From Vicugna vicugna (lineage: Eukaryota): a stretch of DNA of 64,000 nucleotides. Shown here in pieces: positions 49,271 through 61,498 of the stretch. The stretch's first letter is position 1. Every line of letters begins with the position of its first letter. The stretch covers positions 622,001-686,000 of the forward strand of contig MU058153.1 of NCBI GenBank assembly GCA_013265495.1. Reading direction: 5' to 3'. The translations under genes and the position numbers were made by a program. The notes under the pieces are model-generated. The model did not search any database. It was not told the DNA's origin and saw only the letters and a list, made by a program, of their open reading frames with translations.

Positions 49271-51134
49271 TCCTACAACCCTAAATGAAACATACTGTTT
49301 TTATTTCTTCTTATTTTTGTTCAGTCTTTTTCCATAAACATATGGCATACCTATACCCAAAGCATCTATGCATCTTTTCTCGTTTATCCTAAGCAGTTTT
49401 TCTGTGTTGCTTTATGATGGGCATAATCATCACATGATACCCTATAAATATAATGCCTATATTATCTTTTTTTTTTTTTTGGCTTGAGACAAATGTTAGC
49501 TGAATAGCCTAACAGCACACAATTACAATGTTTGTTCAAATGCTTAGCCTCTATCATCATATGGTAAGGCCACAAGAGTGTATTCATTTTTGTGTTATTT
49601 TGGTAATATTAAGGCCATGAAAATTAAACTCAGCTGTAGTAAGGAGGCAGGGCATGATAATTAATACTCATTTTTGTCAGTCAGTTCTGGTGGGTTGACT
49701 CTAAATTAGTCCAGGCTGTTTCACAGTCCTTAATTGCTCCCTACAAAATGTGATCAAGCATACTTGGCTATATATTATTGAGAATATTGTTTCCAAAAAT
49801 ACTTACATTAGGCTGTGAGTGTTAAATGACTTGGAATAATGCAAAGGGAGAAACAAGTGATAAACGAGAAGAAACAGGACAGATATTTTAGTGTTAATGG
49901 GCACACACTTTTTGTGCAGGGACGTTTTAGGACATCACAAGTAGGCAAACAGAGTGGTATCTTGTGGGAGAAAGGAAGGTAGCATAATCAGGGTCTCAGG
50001 TGGTAGGTGCAGGCAGTGAGCTGTACAAAAAAAGACTTAGATGTTGGTGATGAGCTTTAGAAGAGAGTTCATGTTGTGACATATTTTGCTTCTGTCCTTA
50101 TTTGTTGTATCTCATGAAATGAAGCCTTCTTAATGGTGTAGCCGAAATGCTCCCCTAAGATGTTTTGAATTCTAAGGTGGTGATATGTCAAGTTGCTGTT
50201 CAGAGGGTAACTGAAATGCTTTTGTGAAATGAATGCTAAGTGATCTTGATGCTTTTTTTTAAAAAAAGGATTAGAATTCTTTTTTCTTTTGTTTTCTTCT
50301 TTTTTTAAAATCAAATCTAAGGAGAAGATAAGAATTCATTGGTAAAGATGGATACGATTTGGCACATTTTTTTCAGTTCTGTCTTATAAAAAAATAACAA
50401 GGAAAATTCTCTGTAAATGCTATAGAGGTATTATAGAAAATGCTGTAGAGTATTTAAAAGAATTTCGCTGAACTGAGAAGACTGACATTTGAGTCATAAA
50501 ATCAGATTTTGTTTAACAAGGTTAATACATTTTAAGCTTCTTCTGTCTCTCAAATTAATAAAATGAGAGTGATGAGTGATTGTGGAATTGAAAACAGATT
50601 GGCTTGCATTTTGAACCACGTCAAGTTTAATTTAGCAGAGAGATTAATTTGAGATGGTTTTATGTTAATAGTTATGAAGAAATATTATTGGGACCAGAAC
50701 ACTCAGCCAGACATAATGATCGTTTGTCCTATGGATTCACACAAACTAAGGATGCATTCAAGCAAGCTAAAAATATGCCAAGTCATCACAAGCCTGTGAA
50801 TCTTGGCTCTCTGTCCCTGAGTCTCAGAAAGCCTGAGCCATTGGATTTCCTAAATCAATATTCCTTAATTATTATACCAGGACTCACTTTCTATTATGTC
50901 AAGGAAAATTTTATCTCAAATATGCATGACCTTTACAAAGTGTCATAAGGTAGCGTCACAAGATGTAACTGATGTGACCCTGTTCGCTGTGCTGAGATTG
51001 CATCAGATTTCACACACTTGAGAGGAGACCTGCACCCCCACCGCCAAACTTCGTCCTACTTAATACCCTGAATTTAGGAATTCTTCTAAATCATGTGAGG
51101 GCAATTCAGTTGTGTTGATTCTGCCCACTGTTGT

Positions 51135-52630
51135 GAAGAAATAATTCAGGTAATTCTGGAACATATTAACAGTCTTCCATGGACCAGGGACTATTCTGTT
51201 CACTCAAGATATAGGTATGAACAAAGGAAAGTGCACATCCTGTTCAAGTTTAATGAGGGAAGAGCTCTAGTGACACATAAATGCAAACTCTTTGGTAGAG
51301 AAAACTAAAGCAGAATCAAGGGACTAGTAGTGGTGGGGCCGGGGATGCTATTTCTTACGACACACAGAAAGCTTCTCTGATAAAGAAACATTTGAACAGA
51401 AGTTTAATGGAAGCATGGGAAAGAGTGTTCCGAGGACAGAGCATTCTGTGCTGTGAGAGCAGCAAGTGCAAAGGCCCTGAGATGAGAAACTGCTGGACCA
51501 GTAAGGAGCTTGGTGTGGATCTAATACGTGGAGCTTGGGAACTAAGAGACACAGAAGCACTGGAAGAGGTAGTAACATGCTGTAAGTCATGAGTTATCTG
51601 GACTCCACTCTGAATAGGACAGGAGGGGATAGATGGGTTTTGAATAGAGGAATAATTTGATCTATGTGTTGACTAAAACCTAGATGAAAATAAGGAGAAT
51701 GGTTAGAAGTCTTCCAAGAAGCTAAATATGAGAAGATAGTACCCTGTACCAGGGAGATAACAGTGGCAATAGTAAAAAGTGGGCAGATTCAGAATACACG
51801 TTGAACGTAAAACCGATCGTTCTTGCTGATGGATTGGAAGTGGAATATGAGAAGGGGGAGTACAGACTGAAACAGGTTTGGGTTGGGTAGGCTAGAACTG
51901 CCAGTTAATGACATGGGGAAGACTGCACTTGGATTGAAAGCAGGTGGATATTAAGTGTGTATTTGGGAAGCTTTAATCTGAAGATACTTATTCAGCTTTT
52001 AATTGCAGTTATTGAAAGCCAAGTCTGGGTTTCAGGAGACATAGTGAGGTTAGAGATACAAATTTGGGCATCAGCATATGGATGGAACTTAAAGTCACGT
52101 TATTAAATGAAAACATCTAGGGAGTAAGTACAAGATGAAGAAGAGGGGTTTGTGGGGGGAATCCTGAAATACTGAATCAGGTGCAGATTTGGACAACAGG
52201 GCAGATTGACCCAACTACTGAGAAGGGTGGCATTTGTGGTAGGGTGGGATCAGTAGGAAGGACCATCCTGGGAGCCAAGTGAAGATCACCTTCTAAGAAA
52301 GAGGGAGGGATTAATTCTCTCAAGAGTTGCTAATATGTCCAGTAAGCTGAGGACTATGCAATGATGATTAGGAGTTTCAAAATGGAGATCAGTGGTGCTT
52401 TGTTAAGACTTGTTTGTGTGTCATGCGAGGGCAAAAGCCTGTTAGAAGTGGGTCCTTCCAAGAAACTAGAGAGAAGAGACATTCAAGTTGTTAGGGTAGA
52501 CAGTTCTTTTCAGTTTGCAGTAAGGAGAAAAAAAAAATAATGCTGTAGATACTGTTGAAGAAGATGAGGCAAGAGAGATTTTGTTTATGATACCAGTATG
52601 AAGACGGGGGTAATTTATTGTAGTATGTAA
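51135..52630 (-). mobile_element. Long LINE-2 fragment, antisense
   Basis: 'gcaagtgcaaaggccctgag', 'gggttttgaatagaggaataatttgatct', 'cttgctgatggattgga', 'ttagagatacaaatttggg..atcagcata', 'ggagccaagtgaaga'. Confidence 0.85.
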
Positions 52631-53949
52631 ACTAACTAATTTCGGAAACACGTGATAAAAAGTCTACTCCTAGGCACTGTGGTTACTGCCACAATCTTCT
52701 GTTCCCTTCCCTTTGGGCAAATTATTCTTCTAGGGGCAGTTTTTCCAGCCTGAACGAAGTTCATCCTAGCTTCATACCTCCCCAGGACCCTCAGACATCT
52801 TTCGAAGACAGATTTGGGAAGCAAGAATACAAAGAGCGTGCTGCCAAACAGAAAAATACGTCTCGTGCATTGTGGTGCAATGTCCCTCAGCCTCAAAACA
52901 GGCCAGCTTGGAACTTCAAGCTGATTACATTGGAATCAAATGGACTCATAATTCTTCACAGCAGCTTTCTGCACAGCGGAGTGAAACTTACTACAACCCA
53001 GCCAAGGGTGGCACGTGCCATGTAATTTCGCCACCCGTACCTCTTTGGGTTTTGATTTACTGGGAAGTGGTTTGCTGTTGACTGAAATGCAAACAAATGC
53101 TCCCTTCTAAAGAGTGAGGCTAATGATGGCTCTTTTCCCTCCTTCTCACACTTGCAGTCTCTCGTTTTCAAACTTTAGTACCACTTCTGAGACAATTAAG
53201 ATAATTCGGCCATTTAAGTACTAACAGCCACAGCGGTCCTAGAACCACTTACTTTTTAGTACTAAACTGCAGTGAAAGGACATTATTGCTTATTGGAATT
53301 TTAATGTCTTTTTGTCGGGCTTGAACTATCAAGAGCGTTGGAGTTGACTTTCTGTTTGTTCTTAAGTAGACATCGAAAAGCAGGAAGAAAGGAAAGAAGT
53401 TTATTAAAATTCATTTCAAATGACTCTAATTTTGAAACCACCTCAGTGGTGTTTTTTGAAAACCTTGTCTTGACTCGTATTGAGGGGCTTGTGGACAGCG
53501 TAGGGGGGATTTTTTAGGAGAGAGGAAGACATTGAAGGGAAGGAAAAAGAGGGGGGCTCTGGTCCTTTCCAACTAAAAGCTTTCTTTCCAAAGATTCAAA
53601 GCTAATTATATTCATTTTGTGGTTGTTCATGAAGCCACTGATAACTCAGATTCACATCACATAGCCCTTTAAGAATGTAGTCAGCCTGCTGGAAGCCGAC
53701 CACACTCTGCACTCCAGTTGCAATGAAGGCTTTAATGGGAGGCTGAAGAGGGTCAGCCCCCTTCACACTGCAGGGTGGGCAAAGGTCCAAGCTTGCCATG
53801 AGGGCTTGGCATTTTCAGGGAGCGGATGGTTTGGAAAGGAACATTCTGAGTTGTTGCTTCTGAGCATTCACCACGATCACTCTATTAGGATGAGACGTGA
53901 AAGGGTGCCTTGGAGTGGTGGCAGATGAGAGGTAGCTGCCTTGCAGCTG

Positions 53950-54290
53950 AATTCTAGCTGTGCCACTTAGTAACTGGGTAAACTCTCGGAGCCTCGGTTT
54001 TCTTCTCAGTAAAACGGAGGTAAAGATCGCAAGGAGGAAAAGAATAACAATGGCAAACACATTTAAGACTATGGGCGAGTGCCGGTCTAGATCCCGTGTA
54101 TTTATTAGCTAACTTAACTGTCAGCATCTTAAGTAGCTGGATATTAATTTTATCCCCAATTTGTGGATTAAAAAACTGAAGCATAGAAAAGATGAATAAC
54201 CTGTGAAAGATCTCAGAGCTAGTAGGAGGCAGAGACCAGGTTTTACACGAGCCAGTGTGATTCTGGGTTGTATTCCTTTAACTGCATCGT
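53950..54290. mobile_element. Two adjacent MIR fragments in opposite orientation
   Basis: 'ctgtgccacttagtaactggg...gagcctcggttttcttctcagtaaaacgg' (+) then 'atccccaatttgtggattaaaaaactgaagcatagaaaagatgaataac' (-). Confidence 0.7.
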
Positions 54291-55399
54291 GATTCTAGTA
54301 GGGGGCTGTGAAAACTGCGGGAGCTGATGGATCTCAAGCTCCTAGATGCCAAAGGTGTTTAATAAATACTGAATATCATTGTTGGTGAAGTTCAGAAGTC
54401 CCATCATATTTGCTTTTTCCGTAAAAATTTAGCAGGCTAATATGGTAAGAAATAGAACAGGTACAATGTAGGAAGCAAAACCAAGAGACCCAATTGTCTC
54501 AGGGCAATTATCTAAGAATTTCACCCAGAAAAAATCCAAATCCAAACCAGGGAGAAAAGTTGGTAATTCAAACAGTATATGACCTTCTCCTTTGCTGTCT
54601 TCTTGCTCTTGATAAGATTGCTGTGTGGTTTCATAACTGCATTCAAAACCTTCAGTGTTATTTCAGCCATCAGTAGCTATGACAGCCTTAGCTGGCTGCC
54701 TTCTACGTACTTTTTGTTTCCCTTTCTTGAAACAGCTGTTACTTGCTAAACTTTTAGAAAGGTGTTCCCCTACAACCAATAAAGTGGAACTCTCTTTCTG
54801 TTACTCCTAGTGTAAAGGATATTGCATCTTCGTCTATTTGCTTAGGTGTACAAGTTTCCAGGTAGTTAAAGAAGTTAAAGATACTTGACACTTGATACCT
54901 GATACTTTAAAAGTGTTATTTTTTTATTCCTTTCTCCTCCCCTCTTCTCTTTTAAAAATAGTGTAATACAAAAGAAGAATTTCTTGAAAATAGCGTGCTG
55001 ACATGAAATGAAGTCCACTAACCTCTTATCATCCAATTTGGCCTTGTTAGTGGAATTATCCATTGTCTTCTCATAACCTGACTATAAACTGAGGATATCT
55101 AATTAGAGTCCCCTTTAGGATGGTAAATAGGCAAATTTATAGGAGACATTAGTTTACAGAAAGCAATCTGGAGCTGTACTAGGAAATGTGATTCTAAACC
55201 TTCGATTTTGTTGTGTCTTTCTGTCAATTACTTAAAATCCCTGGAACTTTGTACCATTTTCTGGCAAATAGAGATATTAATGCTTACCTCACAGCTCAGT
55301 TATGAGGCTGAGGCATTATACGTGTAAATCATCAAAATTCACATCCAAATGTCAGCAGCCGAGCACTGATAAGCAGCTCTCTACACTCTTTCAGAAATC

Positions 55400-55727
55400 C
55401 TTTCTCTTCCTGGCTCACCGCTCTATCATCTCTCGTTTGTGCTTCTAATCCTTGTGACCCAAGATGGTTGCCAGAACTCCAGCCATCACATCCACTTTCA
55501 GGTAGCATGATGTAGAAAGTGGTTAAGGAAGACAGGTCCCGATGACTTTCAAGGTAGTTTCACAGAAGTCCCGTGCATCTCTTATCTTGGTCATATGGCC
55601 ACATACAGCTATGGGAGAGGAATAATACCATTTATGTACTTGAGCAGCAATGGGGCTAGCTGAAAATTGGATGTCTTAGTATTAAGGATGGAGAGAATAT
55701 AGACAGGTAGTGATAGCATCTGCCAGA
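55400..55727 (-). mobile_element. ERVL-MaLR LTR (MLT1J-like)
   Basis: 'ccaagatggttgccagaactccagccatcacatcc', 'cttggtcatatggccacatacagct', end 'tagcatctgccaga'. Confidence 0.75.
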
Positions 55728-58700
55728 GATGGCAATTACACCAGTGATTTTATCCTTTAACTTAAAAAAAAAAAGGTGAAAATATTTACTGAAGTGTGCT
55801 TTTATTCCGATGCTTTCTCTTTCAGCTTAAACAAGATATTGCATGTGGGAACTGTGAAAAGGAGTGGAATGACTAGATAATTCTAAAGAGGGATGTTTTT
55901 GTTTCCTCCTTTTATGGTGAGTGGCTTTGAAAGTGCCTGTGTATCAGGATATTAAAGAATCACTGAATCATGAGCTAAAGGATAATTTTACATAAGAAGG
56001 TCAGAGATGTTTAGGAAACACAGTAAGCAGAATATGAAAGGAATCTGACATCAACTTTGATGGGTAAAAGAAGGCACTTTCTGAGGCTAGCATAGAGCCA
56101 TCATTTTTGGCAGAATATGCTTTTATTTTCTGAAAACATGGACAGATCTGTTTTGTTCTTTCACAAGACCCATTGTTAAACGCATCCAGTGTTGTATATG
56201 AGAAAAACCGAGATAGTTAGCTGTGTATATAATAAAAAATAGCATCAAATAAATATAATGAATTGATATTTTACAAATATATAGTAATAGCTACACAGTG
56301 GCCTATGATATACTAGATATAGCTTGTTCTCATGATTAGAATTGGCATGCTACATAGTAGCAGCTTGTCCCAACACTTCATCTATGAAATAGGACTAAGA
56401 TTAAATTGCTACCTCCCAATATGATTTGTAAGCTCAAGAATAAAGTGATAAAGAGATAGATGCTAGAGAGAGATCCTTAACACCTTGTACATAATCAAAA
56501 CTATTACTTATATGGTGCTAAATAACTGGTAATTGGAATTATTTTCCTTGATTCTTCACTCTATACCTGACCAATAAGTGCACAAGGTATCAGTTCTTAA
56601 CACATGAGATATCTGATCCTTCAGATTTGTCTGCATTTTATAGGTGCCGTGTATCTCTCGCATTCCTTCAACTTTCCTCTGCAGCTGGCTCAGCTGACCC
56701 AGTGCATACCTAAAGAATAAAGGAGTGTGATTCATGAAAAATTGCAAAAGAAAGAGGAAAATACATAGAGGAAAAACTAGAATATGGCAGAAAGGGCATG
56801 AGAAATTTAGACTCAGCCTAAAAAGTGGTTGTACTCTGGAGATAGTAATTCAATATATAAGGTTATAGGTATGTCTAAGAAAAAGATCAAAACTGGAAAA
56901 TCAAAGTGGTGTCCTTATTTTGATTCTAGTGCTGTATCGACCTGAAATTGTCGTACACTTAAATGGAATGGCTTGAAAAAGGCAAAATACTACATCTTAG
57001 AGAGTTAAATCAGAATGGCTTCTCCCTAGAAGGATTCTGGAAAGGAGAAGTGACTATGCTTAGGACTGGACATTTCATGAGAAAGTTAGCCAAAGAAAAT
57101 GATAACATTGAGGCACATTTAAACAACTCTTTGCTCATTAGCCAAATGTGGGCACTGACGGAGCAGAGCCAAAACAGGAGTTTGTTAGGGGTGTTAATCT
57201 GGAATATTTGGGGAATTCCTACTATAAGGGAAGAAGCTCACTTGCTCTCTCTCTGACTGTGGCCGCACTGAGTGCATCTCAGGAAACAGGGACCATTTCT
57301 TCCTTTGGGAAGTTCCTCTCTACAGACAGAAGGAAGGAAGGAGAGAGGAACAAAGTTGGGATCAAATACATCTGAGTTCTGCCCAAAGGAAAGTGATACC
57401 AATAAAGCCTTCCTGAAACATCTAGTCGATCATCATTTCCATCGTCATGATCATCCTCTAGAGCGATAAAGCAGGTGTTGGCAAAATGTTTGAGCTCCCC
57501 AAAACTACTCAGTTTTTATATCCTACCCTTCACACCCTCTAACCCTTCCATCATTTCTTGTCCTCAGATTCCTGACTCCACACACTGGTTTGTCAATAAT
57601 CCCTGTATGCTCTGCCTCTCTTGCTTTCCCACTGTTCTCTCACAGACATCGACTTTTCATCTGGCCACATACCTAGATTCAATCTTTCTTTACCCATAGT
57701 TTTCAAACTCGGCGTGATGCATGATTATATTTAAGAACAGCCCTTGCTGGAATGTATTACTGCTTCTAAAGGATGAATTGGTCATTCTGGGGAACATCTC
57801 TTGGAAGATCTGAATAGCAGGGTATGGGGGATTTTAGAGAAGCGTCTATTTCTCCTAGGTAGCTGCAGAAATCTACTATAACTAAATAGATATTTGAATA
57901 ATGCTTTGCTTTGGGAAAAACTGATTCTCCTCTGTACTTTTCATTTTAAAGAGACACCACTCAACACTATCACTGCTATAAGATAACTGGGATAACCACT
58001 AACCCCATTTAGTAACTGAGGAAAATGAGCTATACGAAAGTTAAATTAGCATAGCTTGGGAAACAAGGTCCTTACACAACCTGGACAAAGACCTAGTTCT
58101 TAGGACCACTAGTTCTTGGTTCTCTACAGCAGCATAATGGCTTCTTTAAGCTTTCCTGCCAATAGTTATGGAACAAAGGCAGTGGATCCCAATGCATACA
58201 TCTTTGAGACTGTTTCTAATTTAAAGAGAATAAAGGTCCATGTTTTACTGTGGTTTCTCAAAGACTGGAGCATTTTTTGGTATGCCCCCCCTCCAGCCAG
58301 TTTAATGAACGGGCTTCCCTGAAACAATTGCACCACGCATAGCCTGCAGATTCCTTACGCTGTCTGCCATAAAATCAGGACACTCTCCATCCCAGTAACT
58401 CAGCAAGGAGATCCTGCTCCCCACTAGCATCAATTAAGAATCCGCTTATCCAAAACGGTGACTTGGAGAAGTCCTTTCTGGCTTCCGATGCTCGTTTTCT
58501 CCAGAGCTGAAAAGAGTCTTGCTTAGTGCAGATTCTCGTGTATATAAAACCAGAGTGCTTTTAAAAAACAGTCTTTCATTACATAATTAGAATAATGGCC
58601 TCTTTCTCTTCGCTGCTTTCCTTAAATATTTACCAGGAAGAAACCTCCCCCTCAGGAACCTGTGGTTTTTCCAGGCTGTGTTTCTAATTCGATGGGTCTT

Positions 58701-59227
58701 TCTCACAGTCTGGTCTACTCATGCCGTTTATCATCGTGATGGGGGCTCTCTGCATTTCTCTGATTTCTTTATGTTCTCCCCAAAGCATGGCATCGAGGAT
58801 TAGATGCGGTAATGCTTGGGGATAGCTGCAGTTACCTAAGACATCCTCAGGCAACCAGAGCTAATTTAGCCTAATAGCCTGCAAATCTCATGATATGTAA
58901 AAACCCAAAGTTTTCCATTTTTCTTTTTTTGTCTGTGCCAACACAAGACTGATTTCAAGGACAGGCTTTGGAAGTAATGCAAATGTTTATAGTCTTAAGT
59001 TTTGACACTTGAGTTTTTAAAAATAATTACCTGTGCTTTGTTAACTTAAAAGGTTCATCATTTCCCATGGACACACTTTGAATGGTCAGAACAGACAGAA
59101 CTGTGTGAGGTTCTGAGGTTTCAAAACTTATTAAAAAGATGCCAGCAACTAAGATTGTGCCTCACCGTCATCAATTCATAGAGCTGTTTGGATGGGTGGA
59201 TGAACAGAAGAATCGAAGCGTAATTTT

Positions 59228-59750
59228 TCATACATTCACGTAATCAACAAATATTGAGAGCCCATTCTATGCAAGATACTTTTCTAGGCACTGGGGAGAT
59301 AGCCAGGTATAAAACACACAAAAATTTCTGGTCTGGAAGCTCGTGTTCAAGTGGGATGAAAAAGAAAAACAAACAAACAAAAGAATGTGCTAGGTTAATT
59401 GTATTAAAAATAAGAGAAATAACAAAATAGAGACAACAGAATGGAGTATGTGTATGCAATTTGAAGTAGGATGGCCAGAGCGAGTCTCAGTAAGAGGGTG
59501 GCACTGGGAGCAAGTGGGAAAGGGAGCCCTGTGTCTACCTGGGAGGAGGGATTCCAAGTAGAGGGACTAGCCGGGTCATTGGCCCGGAGCTGCTATTACA
59601 GCAGCAAGGCGATTGTGGGTGGAAAGGCACGAACATGAGAAGAGGGGGAGAAATGAAGAGTAGGGGCGAATCTGTGTTGCTCTAAGTGAAATAAGGAAAT
59701 ATTGGAGGGTAGTTATGGACAAGGAATCCTTTTCTGGGGCGGTCCACCAG
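59228..59750 (-). mobile_element. LINE-2 3' fragment, antisense
   Basis: 'tcaacaaatattgagagcccattctatgcaagatacttttctaggcactggggagatagc'. Confidence 0.8.
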
Positions 59751-60112
59751 TCTGGGGGAGACATGACCTCTCCAGGCATCAACATATATAATATGGGGAA
59801 GAGATATTCTGAACCCTCCGATTCTGTCCCTGGAAGCAACCTTATAGGTTGAGATTATGCAGTGTAAATCTCCTAGTGTTAGGTAAGGAAATGGTTCAAG
59901 GAAAATTTACGATTTGTGCAAGATCACATAGTTGAGTGCTAATTGTTTTGTTTGTTTTCACACCCAATATATTTATATTTTATGTGACTGTTATAAAGAG
60001 GCATGGAGGGTGAGAAAGACCTGGGTGTCTGTTTCATCAAGGCTAAATTTTGGAGGCATGACACATTTATTTCATATCTCTATTCTAACCCAGACCCAAA
60101 AGGGAGACATTA

Positions 60113-60191
60113 AAATAAAGATTATTTATTTATTTTTCTTAAACTAAATAAAGATTATTTATTTATTTTTATTAAACTAAATAAAGATTAT
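60113..60191. repeat. 33-bp tandem repeat (~2.4 copies)
   Basis: 'aaataaagattatttatttattttt(c/a)ttaaact' starting at 60113 and 60146, with a partial copy at 60179. Confidence 0.9.
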
Positions 60192-61484
60192 CTATTGACT
60201 TACAGTGTTGCATTAGTTTCAACTTTAACAAAAAAATAAACTTTAAAAGAGACGATTAATTCATGGTCTCTTAAGCAAAGCAGGCTCTATGCTCAGTGGC
60301 TGAAGCTTGGGTAGCTGTTACAGCGCAATTTCTAAATCCTGATCTGTAACTTACTAGTGTATATCTAAAGCAGGTGGCTTGACCTGTCCAGGGCTGTCTT
60401 TCCTCATCTGTAAAATAGAAGTATTAACAGTTAACTACTTCATAGTTCTCGTGAAGTTAAAATAAATCAGTGTTCAAGATCTTATCAAATTTTTGATATA
60501 GTATTTTAACTATCACTAAATATAGGCCAATTAAATAGACATTTGTTGACACCTATATATTTCAGGCACTGGGACACTAACATTAAATAGACATCATCCC
60601 CACCCTCAGAGAAGCCCAACTGGTAGAAGAGATGTCATCAGCTCAGTGTTGTAATAAATGGTAATAAAATCCAGTGGGGTACATAAAATCCAGTGGGAAT
60701 GCAGAGAGAGATCCCTATGATGTATATTAATGCATCTAATACATTGTTTAAAATAAAGTAGAGATTTGAAAATGAGAGTAGTAGCGAAGTAGTGGAGTGT
60801 GTAAATTTGTTGGTAAGAAATGGACAGTTATTTTTTGAGAAAGTGACAGTTGAACTGAGATGAGTGGCTGGTGCTATTTATAATTCGGAGTTTAGGAGGG
60901 GTATTTGAGGTGAGGAAGAGCATAGCAAAGAAACAGAGGTAAGAAAATTAAAGCCTTAAAAAGAACACAACACTAGTTTAAATTTCCAATATTGCAAATT
61001 TCTACATCTCACCCCAAATATGCTGACTCAATTGGTCTGAGCTGGGATAAAAGAATTCACATTTTTAATAAAACATCACTGTGCTTGACACTGGTGATCC
61101 ATGTCATACCATTTGGAGAAAACTAAATTAAACTCTAGATTTTTTAAAGAGATTTCTTTTGAAAACCAAATTGTGAAGACAGCTTGGGTTCGATTCATGT
61201 AAAGCTTTCTAGCAGCTTTAACCAAAAGTTAATATTTAGGTAATTAACATTTTTTTAAAAGACAGTGAAGTGATAAATAGGAGAGGAAAAAAATGTTGAA
61301 AGCAGTGTTGACACTCTACTAGAATGTAGGAGTTTTTAAAAACTCACAGTGAATCAAGGCTAACACCTTCCCTTCACACCATCAACGTTCCTCCAAATGG
61401 TACTGCTCCTCTGAGAAACTGGTGGTGCTTTTGTTTCTTATGGGAAGATGCTCTGTGTCTCAGAGCCTGATGTGTCATGTGGCA

Positions 61485-61498
61485 GTTGCTATGGTAAC
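61485..61498. promoter_or_regulatory. RFX X-box motif
   Basis: GTTGCTATGGTAAC, a near-palindromic match to GTTRCYATGGYAAC. Confidence 0.65.

Noticed and set aside
50997..51005. C/EBP-ATF composite ATTGCATCA (also 31948-31956)
   Set aside because: AT-rich 9-mer expected about once by chance in a window this size.
52636..53024. Stop-free plus-strand frame of ~129 codons
   Set aside because: No initiating ATG and no recognisable product; a few such frames are expected by chance in 64 kb over six frames.
60664..60697. 19-bp-period duplication 'ataaaatccagtggg'
   Set aside because: Simple slippage duplication within an L2-like fragment.
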